DNA of 64,000 nucleotides from Antedon mediterranea (lineage: Eukaryota > Animalia > Echinodermata), in contig NC_092677.1 in NCBI RefSeq assembly GCF_964355755.1, positions 6,966,101 to 7,030,100 on the forward strand. Reading direction: 5' to 3'. Shown here in pieces: positions 52,101 to 64,000 of this stretch (its first letter is position 1; each line of letters begins with the position of its first letter). The notes under the pieces are model-generated. The model ran no database searches. It saw only the letters and a program-made list of their open reading frames with translations, and was not told the DNA's origin. The position numbers were made by a program, and so were the translations under genes.

Positions 52101-53809
52101 AACATGTTTTTATAAAAAAAATGTTGTGGGGAAAGTGAAGTGAATTTTACGTTAACGGGACCGACTGGACGGGATTGTTATTATCCACAGCCCTTGTTGC
52201 TGTCTGTTGATTGTGAACATTTTAGTCTCACTTGTTACATTTTGCATCCACAGAAAATGAACGACAAACGCTTAAGCTTAGCTCTCGTCCGTCAGTTGCG
52301 CAGTCGTTGAACTGTTCTATTGGTGAGTATTTAAACTCTCAACTATAAGATCAATATTAAGCCCCTTTAAAATACGATTTTATTTCCTACCGATGCCATC
52401 AATACAATATACATAATAGAAACAATTACAATAAGTAATTATATTTTTTCTATGTATTTATTTTGTATTGTCTGTTTATGCAGAGATTTGCCCTTGAATG
52501 GCATTGGTAGCTAATAAAATAAAACTGAATTAAAGAAATAGATGTAGTATTCAGACTTCGTTTTAACTTCACCATGTGAAATTTCAAATGCATCAGCACT
52601 TAATTTTGATAAATTACACAAATTACTAAATATATTTATGGAATTACTTATACTTATGCCTAGTTTCAGTATTTACTACAAGTTCGGATTTCTTTTTCCC
52701 CTTAAACAGGTTTTGACAAGGTTGCCAACAACTTATTACTGAATAATTCACTCAACGATTCACCAAGCCTTGCAAACGAGGAACCGGAGTTGCCCATCAG
52801 TTGCCCTGGAGTCGTCTCCAACAACCAGTCAGAAACAAAGAGCAGCATTGAGTCGCCATTTGAGTTGGCATTGTTCCAAGCTGCTCAGCTCTATGTGGAT
52901 CAAGAACAGACCTTGATGAGCCAATTGCAGATAAATCAAGGTGTGTGCATGTGTATTGTACTTTGCTATAAGCTGTATGAAGCCCAATTGTTTATTTGAA
53001 GTGTAGTGGTATTGTTAGCTGCATCTAGGGACCTGTAAATTCTTTATTATAAGCTCACACGTGAAGCCATTTCTACATAGGATGGAAATGTCACCTTATA
53101 TTCAAGAATTTACAGTGAAGTATAGATGTATTTGATTGAGATTGTGTTTTGTTGCATGATGAAAAGTGTCCTTTATATTAACGGCATATGGATGCGACCA
53201 GGTCGACGTCGGCAATCTCTGAAAAATCCCATTTCATAGATATTTTAGTATTCTAAATACAGTACCATTTTAAACCAATTGTAGGCAATAACGGTGATTG
53301 TGAGAATGAAAAATTGTACGAAGGAATGATGGGCGTAACCGGAGAATTGCAGAACAAGAAAATGAATTCTACCACAGACTTGATGAGTGTATCCTCAGAT
53401 TTGAGTTGCCCTAATAAAGTAGACCTATATGATACCACCACTACCACAGGCCTGAAGGATATGGCTGAAGGGCTGAACTACCCCAGCAACATCATCAGTG
53501 TAACATCTGACTTGACATGCCCTACTAAACAATTTGATGGAAAATATGATGATCTCGCTGGCCTATTTTGTGGCCAGTTGCTAGACGATGGTACAGTATA
53601 GAATTTCCTTCAAGTCTGTTTTGAAAAATGATCATTTTTTTCCCCCTCTGTTTCTATTTTCAGGGCATGCGGCTTGCTGGTATATTAACAGTGTATGAAT
53701 GTTAGCTAAGGATGTGGTTTTATAAACCTACAAACAATTTTACTAACTCTCTTTTTTTTTCTTTACTTTTACAGTGGCTGAGGTACTTGGGATTGGAACC
53801 ACGCACTAA
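46171..53809 (+). CDS. NFAT5: NFAT-family transcription factor with NFAT5-type Rel homology domain, ~718 aa
   Basis: Exons 46171-46249, 46799-46858, 46972-47464, 47639-47828, 48016-48209, 48530-48702, 48860-49053, 49173-49305, 52254-52322, 52710-52940, 53285-53590, then 53664-53698 or 53775-53809. RHD motifs [50 protein letters not shown]. Non-RHD exons are less certain. Confidence 0.88.
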
Positions 53810-56298
53810 TTCCACGAGGTATACACAAACTGTACATAATGTAAAAAAGAAAATAATATATTGATAAACAAGAAATATTTTGCCATATATATACAACTTG
53901 TACATAATAGATAAATGTACATAATTGTAAATAAAAATAAGATATTTGTAATTGTTTTGTAGAAATATTTATATTCAGTGATGTCAAGTTTCACTCTAAA
54001 CTGCATTGTGTTTATGGTTTCCTTTTTTAGAGGAAATCAATGTTGGAGTTTCTTTTAAGCTCCGTGTGTACCTTGATGTAACGTAAGCAAATGTTCTGCT
54101 TATTAAAAGGATACTTGAAAATAATTAAGAATTTTGTAATCTACATAATAGAAACACAGTAGAACCCCTATTAAGTGGACACCTACCAGGACCTAGTTCC
54201 CCTTGCTGGGGATATACCCTGAATAGGGATGGCCGTAGTGTTAAAGCATACATCTTGTTTGTATCACAAAGTATACCCTGAATAGGGATGGCCGTAGTGT
54301 TAAAGCATACATCTTGTTTGTGTCTCCTGAAAAGGGGTGTCCTCAATGAGAAGTTCGACTGTGGTAATTTGTTTGATGTGCCTATATATGGTAGTGATAT
54401 GCTTAAATATGGTAGTGATATGACATCATCATGTCCATATATGGGCACATCACATTTTTTTGACACATAAAGTTTGATAGTGTAGACAAGGCTTTAGTTT
54501 TAACTATTCTAGATCAACAATTTTTGTTTAAATTTCTAATATTCAGGGTAGTGTACTTAACATTTGACTAATATATAATGCAATTGTAAATTAAATTGTT
54601 TCACATAATGTTGTAAAGTGATGGAATGATTATTGCGTAGATTTCGTAGTACATCTTGCTCTGTTTTCTGCATTATTTGGAAAGTATAGAACACACAAAT
54701 AAATAAGGTTCACACTTTTATTGCATTGTAAATGCTTACCCAGACAATTAGAGTAGCAGTTTCAACTATTGTACACCCTTTAATACCATCGGCATCAATT
54801 CAAGTCTTGCACTACATATGTTTTAATTTCTTTCACTTTCTAGCCTTCAGTTACACATTTATGGCCCTCACTTCCACCTTTCTCGCCCTAACACATACCC
54901 AGACCTTAATCATTCTTGCCCTCGGTTCTACTTTTCTAGCCCTTCTCCTCAAAGTCAATTTGTTATTTTATAAACAAGTATGTTTGCAGTATTATTCATA
55001 GTCTGAACTGAATATTTATCCCCATTCCATGAAGTTAGTACATTTGATTTGATGTGCCCTAATTTAGTATTATTTCTGGTACAAAGTTTTATCCCTTTTT
55101 GAATTCATAGCATAAATCATGCAAGCACAATTTGTAAAAACTTGATACATTATGACATTTGACATGTTTAAAGTGTTCAAGCCTGCTGGCATTTGACATG
55201 TTTAACATTGTTTAATGCATATCTCTCTTATTTCCAAAATGTACAGTATTTGCATAAATGATGTCTCGGTTTGGCCATATAAGATATGGATACTATAAGA
55301 TACTATAACAGACATTAGCAATTAATCTGTTGAAAGATTTCATTTATTGTAAAGTTTTTTTTTTTATTGTGATAATAAATAATAAAGAAAGAAAAAGAGA
55401 GTTGTTTGGTTTTTATTTATTTTTGTAAAAATGTTGCTTTGCCTTTACACAACACAACTGAATAAATCACCGATGATGAGTTGAACTTATATGCTGAAAT
55501 GAATGAAGATGTGTGGTCTTGATGTGGAATTTGGCACTAGCTAGATGGTTTTATTTTCTGTTTTGAAATATAAGATATATTGTTTCCCACAAGAATAAAC
55601 GATGAGCAAAATCAATTTGAATACAATTTGTTAGATCCAAATTTGATCACACTACTACCTATTCAAAGTTTGATTTTATTTATGTTTATTTTTTAATGTC
55701 ATGTTTTGTGGGACAATACTGTACAGTACATCAAATCAAGAGCTACTCTAGACGGCGATTTGGCTTAATAATAGTAATAAAAAAAAATATTTTTGGCTGA
55801 AATTTGTATTTAAAAAAATAAATGAAAACTCCCGATGGTGGCGCTACGTACGTGCGGGTTCGGGTAAAAAAATACTAACAGCATAAAAGAACATCAAAGC
55901 AACAAAAGCATGCTGCAGATATAATGCACAAAATCAAAATTATAGCTTATGTGTAACTGTTCTTACTGTATTTAAGTATTCATTTAAGTGCACATAAATA
56001 GTACGAACATTATTGCGTTAAAGTCTAGTAGGCTAAACTCATTTTATTAAATAAAGTGTAAGTAGGCTAGGCCTAGCTTTATTATTAGCCTCACCGCCAC
56101 CCTAGCTAGAGAGCCTAGGACCCTTAACCTATTTTGTCGGGGAATTAGGCCTAGCCTACACCTGGTTAAATTGTGCCGTGTCGCGCGTGTCAAAACCAAG
56201 CTGGTGACAGTAAATTAGATTAGGCCTAGACTCGCGGGCCAGCCTTATTTATTGTATTGTAAAAAGTTATTGTTGGTGATCTAACAAGATTAACAGTC

Positions 56299-59193
56299 AT
56301 GTCGGATACATGGAGTGACATTCAGGCTGTCAAAAGGCGTCAAGAAAGCCTCCGTGAACGTGTAAATCGACGGAAAAAAGAACGCCAGAATTTAGCTCTT
56401 GCTGCTGGAGGAGGTGGATCTTCTTCAAGCTCTCCCTCTCAACAGCAGGCTACCCCTGTTGACCACCAAAGCAACTTAGATTCTCATCCAAAGCCTACTA
56501 AAGCGACATCAGATACTGCAGCTATTGGAAAAGAGAGAGTCTCTAATTTACCAACTTTAGTTTCCGCTACAAAACCATCCAAAGTCCAAGATTTATCATC
56601 AGGACGTAAGTTTTTTTTAAAATCGATGTGCCAGTGGATATTTTGTCACTGATTTCACATAGAAATATTTGTTATGTGTAGGCCCAATACCCCTACAGTA
56701 TTGTCGGTTTGAGATATCGGTCGTGTCTGAAATCGAAAAAATAACTTATTAAGTAAAAATGACATCCCTTTAAGTAATTGCGAGTAAAGCCTCTTGTAAT
56801 CAATCACATCAATAAATGTATTAAAAGGATATAGGAACAAAGGTATTAATTTGTAGTGACATTGTATATAAAATGTTATCGCGACTGATTTCATTTAATA
56901 AGAAATAAACTATGCATATTGTACATTTGACCGATGCAAATGACAATGATTTAAGTGTCCACCTAGGACAGTTGCATTAACACTAGACAATTTTTTAAAG
57001 CATTGTCAACTTAGAATTAAGTTTTTAAAAAACTAACATTAAATTGGCACAATATTATAGAAGATATTGGCCCATTCTTAGTTATTTACACGTCTGGTAG
57101 ATTGTTTCCTAACCTCCAAAATCAGCGATAACTGTTCCCATGAAACCGACTTACACAGGTAAATAAATCCGACTAAAATTAATCCAATGTTTTTATAAGG
57201 TAATTAATGTGCATATTCTTTTGCAGAGTCTGGAACTCGAGATGAACCTCTGGTTGTGAGAGGAGACGGTAATGCTGAAAAACCAACAGAAGTAAAACCC
57301 AGTAAAATTAACAAAGCAGCAGAAAATATCATAATTAACCAAGCAATAGAACAGTTACTTCTAGAAACTTTAGGGAGTGATGACATTAATTTACCAATGG
57401 ATTCTACAAGTATACATACACTGCTTTGTAAGGTAAGAGGTGGTGGGTTGAGCTGGAAGGGTTACCCTCTCTACAGTATATAAAGTTGGAATACACATTT
57501 TTGCGGTTACGTTTTTAGATCAAATCTTTATTATCTTACTCTTACTCATGATGGTCGAAGAATATTGATTAAACTCAACAGTTCTTTTCAGAGACATACG
57601 TTGCATACTGCAAACTTTATAACAACATAATCTTACCGGTCAGGGCTAAAATGGCAAAAGATTTCCTACTTTCTAGTTTTTTTATCAGATAATCTATATT
57701 GTTTTGACAACACTTGTAACATGACCACAGTGCTGATTTTGCCATTTTTATTGTGACATCCTTTTACAGAAGCTAAATGAAGAAGTCTCAAAAGTTGGTA
57801 TTGACAGTTTATTACAGAAGTTAGCTGCTCAGGAACTTATAAGGTGAGCATTGAAGACTGAATACAAATTGGTAATAAAGGCTGTGATTATAAAGTGGAG
57901 AGTAGAATGGTTGATGATTCGTGAATGGCAAAACAATAAAAAGAGGGTGCTTAGTATTTTCTATTAGGAATCTTCTCAAAATTATTCTACTGCAGTAACT
58001 ACATCAACAGGTTAAAAGAGTAAACAAAACACAGTCAAAATAACTATAGCGAGGCATTTAATGAATAGGCAAAATGCCTTAAAATGCGACATGTTTCGAG
58101 AAACTATTCTCATCATCAGAAGAACAGAAAACAACGCCTAGAGTACTTATATACCAATAGGACAGGTTGTATGTAAATAAGATGGTAATTAGCTTGATAA
58201 AACAACAAGGAACGTAAGCAACAAACAATCATATGGCTAGCGTGACGCCTAAGTTATAGATTTGTTTGTTCAAGTGATGTGGTAACTGCAGTAGAATTAT
58301 TTTTGACATGTCTCTTAATCGTATTTTCTATATTTATTTTTATAAAGATTTAAGGAGACTCGGGAAACAGACGGCACTGTACACCTTTTGGTCACCTATG
58401 TTGAACACAGCAAGGTATGTATCTTGATTGATTTCTGATTTTAATGTAGATGATATAGGTAATTTTCAGGCCAAGACACACATAACTAGTGCTTGACCAT
58501 GTTCTATCTTTGGCCCATCTTGCCCTCTTATTCTTAAATTCTTTCAACCATTTTTTATTTGATTTTTTATGATTAGATAAAAGCAATGACAAGTCAGGAA
58601 AAAGATGAACAGAATAAGTCGGGATCACGGAAAAGACCGCATGAAAGGTATCCAATTTACATATATTGAAATATTAAAATTTAAAACAAGTCATTCATAA
58701 GCAAGAGCATGTCATAATTGAATATCTTTAAAAAAAAATGTTATTTCTTTTATTAGGCGCCATTTATGTAGAGCTTTGACATAAAAATTGACATACAATA
58801 TTTAAAAAAAAAAGAAAACCAAAAATAAGCAATAAACAATCTCTCTATATGTGCAATTTACAATCAATAATATAGCAGTTGGTCTGTAATGGAATATCGT
58901 TATTATATATACGTTATTATCGTAAGAGCTATATTTTCTCTTAATATAAACCACAGCAAGGTGATGTCTAAAAAGTGTTCAACACGGCAGCTAAGTTAGT
59001 TATTTCAACATGAGGCTTTATTTAGATATGCTTATTCTACAGTATGTGTATGATTGGCACTTAAATGTTTTCCAGGGATGAAAACGATATTGAAAAGGAT
59101 TCTGGGAAGAAGACTTGTCAAGAAGCAGTAGTTGAAGATGATGAAAGCTTTCTTAAAAACTTGTTATCAGTCAAGTCATTCAAAGAGCAAAAG
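56299..59193 (+). CDS. METTL3: N6-adenosine methyltransferase catalytic subunit, first six coding exons (partial; the rest lies beyond the window)
   Basis: Exons 56299-56605, 57227-57432, 57770-57843, 58348-58414, 58577-58647, 59076-59193 in phase. Leader helix MSDTWSDIQAVKRRQESLRER, LLQKLAAQELI, VTYVEHSK, LLSVKSFKEQ. Confidence 0.9.
57976..58306 (-). mobile_element. Penelope-like remnant with a minimal hammerhead motif inside ~31-bp inverted repeats
   Basis: Minus strand 58119-58088 reads CTGATGA-T-GAGAA-TAGT-TTCTC-GAAAC-AT-GTC; imperfect inverted repeats at 57976-58006 and 58275-58306. Confidence 0.55.
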
Positions 59194-59359
59194 GTCGGAG
59201 TTCAATAACAATTTTTGTTTTGTAATAAAATAGTGGACGTTAGTTGCAAATAGGTTTATTTGTGAATAAAAAAATCCGAGTAAACTCTGTCAAAGAATGA
59301 TCTTCTTAGTTGTGGTAGTAGTAGTCACAACTAGTCATATTTGGGCGTACCATACTGTC

Positions 59360-59566
59360 TGTAGTATATGCACGCGCACATTGGGTATCCCGCTTGATGC
59401 GCGTACTGCGCATATGCTCTGGTGATAGGTTAGCCTACGAACGTTCTATACTACTTGTTCATGAATAGTAATAGTTGGTTTCATTAAACACATTCATTGT
59501 TATTATACTCATCTCAGCGTATGTTATTAATTTGTCTCGAACAAACGGGTACGACGATACACGACA
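59360..59566 (+). repeat. 5' LTR (207 bp)
   Basis: TGTAGTATATGC...CACGACA; its start matches 63971-64000 with a 4-bp indel and one substitution. Confidence 0.9.
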
Positions 59567-59567
59567 C

Positions 59568-59580
59568 TGGCGACGAGGAT
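59568..59580 (+). other. Primer-binding site, tRNA-Ser(GCU) type
   Basis: TGGCGACGAGGAT, 1 nt after the LTR, is complementary to the metazoan tRNA-Ser(GCU) 3' end ...AUCCUCGUCGCCA (recalled). Confidence 0.8.
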
Positions 59581-59739
59581 ACAGGCACATTTACATAGAG
59601 AAACGGAAGTATAATAATATTATAAAACTAGGCCTAGGCTAGCAGTTTTTGATTTTCCAACAACGGCAACCGTAACCAAGGAACTGCACAGGCTAATAAC
59701 GATTCTGAGCGCCCTGAACGTACAGAGCGAAGCGCGGTA

Positions 59740-62700
59740 ATGGCAGCGGCTAATACCAGAATTCTATTCGAGGAATTTAACGTCCAGTATGGAGACATAG
59801 ATACGTATGTGGACAGGCTGGAACAATATTTTGTGGCATTAGATATCAATGACGGAGGTAAGAAAAGAGCGATATTATTGAGTAGTTTCGGAGAGACTGG
59901 ATACACAACGATACAAGATTTGTGTTTTCCTGATAAACCAAGTACAAAATCGTACGATACGCTCTCAACCAAGCTCAAAGAGCATTACAAACCTACTCGA
60001 ATAACGATTTCTGAACGATTTATATTCAGAAATGTAAAACAGACACCGGGACAGACTATTTCTCAATTTGTATCACATCTAAAGAAAAAGGCGATACATT
60101 GTGGTTTTGAAGGAGAGGCATTGGAAAACGCACTGCGTGTTCAGTTCGTATGTGGACTAATAAGTCAGAGCATCCAAAAGAAATTATTGACAAAGAACCA
60201 TACGTTCAAGGAAGCAACAGACATAGCCATAGCCTCGGAGGCAGCAACAGCGAATATGAAAAGTATGTCGCACGATGTTGACAAGCCAATCAACCAAGTT
60301 ACGTCTAACAGCAGGAAGTCTACGAAAACTTATCAAGCGTCAAAACTAACACGAACGCAGAAATGTGACCGCTGTGGTATGAACAATCATACAAGAGATA
60401 CGTGTAAATACAAAAACGCTACATGCTTTAAATGCAACAAACAAGGACACCTAAAATCAGAATGCAGGCAGTCGAGTAAATCAACAAAACAATATAAACC
60501 TAAATCCATCAAGCAAGTAGAAGCACCGGATTACGACGAAGGTAATGACGATTTTGTAGATACAATGTTTTGCGTAGGCATTAAGCAGGACAATTCGGTA
60601 CCACCAATAACGGTACAGATGCGAGTTGATGATATAGATATTGATTTTGAAGTAGATACGGGCGCAGCAGTATCGATAATTAGCTTTGACGATTACGAAA
60701 GCAAGCTTAGCCATCTACCATTAAAGTCAGTAAAACGTACACTTCACGCATACACAGGTACTAAGCTCGATATAGCAGGAGAAATTAAAGTCACCGTGAA
60801 CTATAGGGGCCAGAGTAACGTTCTCCCACTGATAGTAGTGAGAACGCAGCGACGAAACTCACCACCCTTGCTTGGAAGAACCTGGTTAGAAGTGATTAAG
60901 TTGGACTGGAAGTCATTATTTCCACCATCGCTTGCTCAGAATTCGGTAGAAATAGATAACGATGTCGGTCAGTCATTCAAACGGAAGTTCCCAGAAGTTT
61001 TCCGAACGGAATTGGGTACGGTTCAGGGACACAAAGCGACATTACATCTAAAAGTGAACGCAATCTCAAAATTCTGCAAAGCTCAAAATGTTCCATTTGC
61101 GCTACGCTCCGCAGTTGAGGTAGAGTTAGACAGAATGCAAAACGAAGGAGATATTTATCCGGTAGACTTTAGTCAGTGGGCAACCCCATTGGTATGTATT
61201 CCAAAGGCCGATGGCAGGGTACGTGTCTGCGGAGATTATAAAGTAACAGTCAACCCGAGTTTAAATTGCGACCAATATCCAATTCCGACCCCAGAGGAAG
61301 TTTTCACCAAGTTGGGAGGTGGAAAGCGATTCTCTAAGATTGATTTGAAATGTGCGTACCAGCAGTTAGTACTGGAAGACGAGGCGCAAGAGTTGGTAAC
61401 GATCAACACGCACCGCGGATTATATCGATACACGAGGTTACCGTTTGGTATTTCGTCCAGTCCAGCCATATGGCAGCGATTTCATAGAACAGGTGATAGC
61501 AGGACTTAAAGGAACATGTGCGATCATGGACGATGTTCTTGTTACAGGTGCGTCTGATAAAGAGCATATTAGTAATCTTGAGAAACTATTTGAGAGATTT
61601 AACAAGTATGGTCTCAGAGTGAAAGCTGAGAAATGCGCGTTTGTAAAAAAAGGAAGTAGTCTACATGGGACGTAAGCTATCAGCAGCAGGAATTCAACCG
61701 ACAAACGATAAAGTGAAAGCCATCAAGGATGCACAAGCACCACAGAATGCAACAGAACTAAGATCCTGGTTAGGACTAGTTAACTATCACGCGTCATTTA
61801 TTCCACGATTATCGACGATGATACATCCTTTGAATGAGCTGTTGGGAAGCAAACCATGGTCATGGACTGTCGACTGTAGTAAAGCGTTTAACGCGGTAAA
61901 GCGAATTATTAGCGAAGACATGATGTTGACGCATTATGACCCATTAAAACCACTGGAACTATACACGGATGCATCACCATACGGAATTGGCGCAGTCATT
62001 TGCCACGTAAACGAGAACAATATCAAAACACCGATCGCGTACGCATCGCGAGGCCTGCATAAACACGAAAAGGGTTATGCACAACTAGACAAGGAAGCCC
62101 TAAGCATCATGTTTGGACTTCAAAGGTTTAGAACATACTTATACGGACGGAAATTCACGATAAGAACTGATCATAAGCCACTTGAACGCATTCTAGGACC
62201 TAAATCAGCTATTCCGACACTGGCCGCACAGAGATTACAGCGATGGGCAATCGTACTGTCAGCGTTCGAATACGATTTAGAGTTCATTCCTGGAAAACAG
62301 AACGTAATTGCCGACGCACTCTCACGTCTCCCAATGCCAGACGAAGGACGGGAAGACGATGCAGTATACAACATAGCGGGGCATACATTAGACAATTTGC
62401 CAGTCACGAGTACGAACGTACAACAGCATACCAGGAAAGACCCGCTATTGAGCAAAGGGTTATACATGGTACGGACAGGTTTATGGCAGTCAGAAAACGA
62501 CGACGATCTAAAACCATTCCTACACCGAAGAGACGAATTGAGTGTAGAACAGGACTGTTTGCTGTGGGGATACAGGGTAGTGATTCCACCGAAACTCAGA
62601 GGGGCAGTTCTGGAGGAGCTTCATTGTGCTCACCCCGGAATCGTGCGTATGAAAGAGATTGCACGAAGTCATGTCTGGTGGCCCCAGATAGATTCCGACA

Positions 62701-63728
62701 TTGAACGATTGGTGAAGCAATGTCAAGCATGTCACCAAACGCAAAGTCGACCAAGCGTAGCACCAATGATGCCCTGGATCTGGCCAAATCAGCCTTGGAC
62801 ACGAATACATATTGACTATGCGCAGAAAGATAAACGAGATTATCTAGTAGTGGTTGACTCATATTCGAAATGGCCAGAAGTCGTTCAGATGAACAGTACG
62901 ACGAGTGCAGCGACCATCAAAGCGATGAGAGAGTTGTTCAGTAGATACGGATTGCCTGTTCAACTTGTAAGCGATAATGGACCTCAATTTGTTAGCGACG
63001 AATTTGAATTCTTCTTAAAGCAAAACGGGGTGAAACATGTAAAGGTTGCACCTTATCACGCCGCAAGCAACGGAGCAGCAGAACGAATGGTTCAATCTTT
63101 CAAAAGATCGTTAGCGGCAAGCCGAGCAAATGGGAAGGATTTCCAACAATGTTTGGACAGATTTCTTTTATCGTATCGCACAACAAAACACGCAACTATG
63201 GGACAAACGCCAGCGAAGTTATTCATGTGCCGTGAGTTGAGAACGCGAGTATCACTTTTACATCCCAGTACAGAAAACAAGGTACTGAACGAGCAGAGTG
63301 ATCAGAAGCTTCATCACGACAAAACGAAAGATCTTTGAGAATTTTACCCAGGTGAAATGGTATTAGTGAAAGATTTCCGACAAGAGGGAAAGTGGTGGCC
63401 AGGTACCGTGATAGAACGTACCGCTCCAAAATCATACGTAATTAGTGTTGAGGATGGCCGAGTGTGGAAAAGACACATTGACCAGTTGAAAGCGACAGAC
63501 GCGGACGCTTACGCGAGTAAAACTCCTACTTCACATAGCGAGTTGGAACACAAGATTAAACAGACAGTACCAATAACGATTGCGAGCGAAACGATTGCGA
63601 ACAAAGAGCAAACATCCACCAACCAACCGGTTGAAGAGGAACATAGATTGTCTTCATCGCCTGAGGTTATTCCACGACGCTCCACGCGACTTCGAAGGAA
63701 GCCAACGCGACTTATCGAAGAGATATAG
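59740..63728 (+). pseudogene. Disrupted gag-pol polyprotein
   Basis: Two CX2CX4HX4C knuckles, protease VDTGA, RT LPFG and IMDD, RNase H TDAS, integrase HHCC and DDE. Apparent +1 frameshifts at ~61480 (TTT) and ~61645-61651 (A7), and an in-frame TGA at 63336-63338. Confidence 0.9.
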
Positions 63729-63970
63729 AACTTGTGAACAATGTTATTATTATGAACGTTAAAGTTATGTTGTTCATGTTTTTACACAAAGTTATAATGG
63801 TGAGAATTACTCACATTTGTTAATTATATGAGGAACCAAATAAGAACTATCTGGAACTATAGAAGCAGTAATTTAATCACGATGATTAACCTATTTGATT
63901 AACAAGATAATTAACGAAAGTTTATTGTGCTTATTGATATAATGTTAACGTTAAAATAAGAAAGGAGGAG

Positions 63971-64000
63971 TGTAGTATATGCGCACATTGGGTATCCTGC
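63971..64000 (+). repeat. Start of 3' LTR
   Basis: TGTAGTATATGCGCACATTGGGTATCC directly after the PPT AAAATAAGAAAGGAGGAG. Confidence 0.9.

Larger units (their letters stand above)
59360..64000 (+). mobile_element. Ty3/Gypsy LTR retrotransposon (Mag-like) in METTL3 intron 6; 3' LTR cut by the window end
   Basis: 5' LTR TG...CA, PBS, gag-PR-RT-RH-IN order, polypurine tract 63954-63970, second LTR from 63971. Confidence 0.96.

Noticed and set aside
55465-55530. C/D snoRNA-like ATGATGA...CTGA...ATGAAGA
   Set aside because: No canonical terminal D box or stem, not clearly intronic, and no target recognised.
61438-61704. Programmed ribosomal frameshifting in the Gypsy
   Set aside because: The shifts fall inside RT rather than at the gag-pol boundary, and gag-PR-RT are already in one frame.
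60481-63435. Antisense and alternate-frame ORFs within the Gypsy
   Set aside because: Shadow ORFs of the pol frame with no independent domain evidence.

Overview
AT-rich, intron-containing eukaryotic (metazoan) DNA; gene content and repeats suggest an invertebrate deuterostome such as an echinoderm (inference). I assembled eight protein-coding genes by hand from GT-AG junctions: CEP76 (-), SLC35C2 (+), intronless TBCC (-), FAM210B-like (+), Aurora kinase (-), GALNS (+), an NFAT5-type Rel-homology factor (+) and the 5' half of METTL3 (+). METTL3 intron 6 holds a Ty3/Gypsy (Mag-like) LTR element that runs off the window end. Six genes form three head-to-head pairs. Introns and intergenic DNA carry a tandem Helentron/HINE-like element with a nested TTAA transposon, several MITE families, two P-element-like footprints, LINE 3' fragments and a Penelope-type hammerhead motif. 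The most notable items are hidden alternative exons missed by the ORF track: (1) two tandem 265-nt copies of a GALNS active-site exon separated by only 46 nt, implying obligatory mutually exclusive splicing; (2) a duplicated last exon of FAM210B; (3) alternative NFAT C-terminal exons at an LDD junction resembling vertebrate NFATc genes; plus (4) an unannotated ~310-nt structured RNA candidate in an SLC35C2 intron. Gene names rest on recalled homolog motifs; no database search was run.
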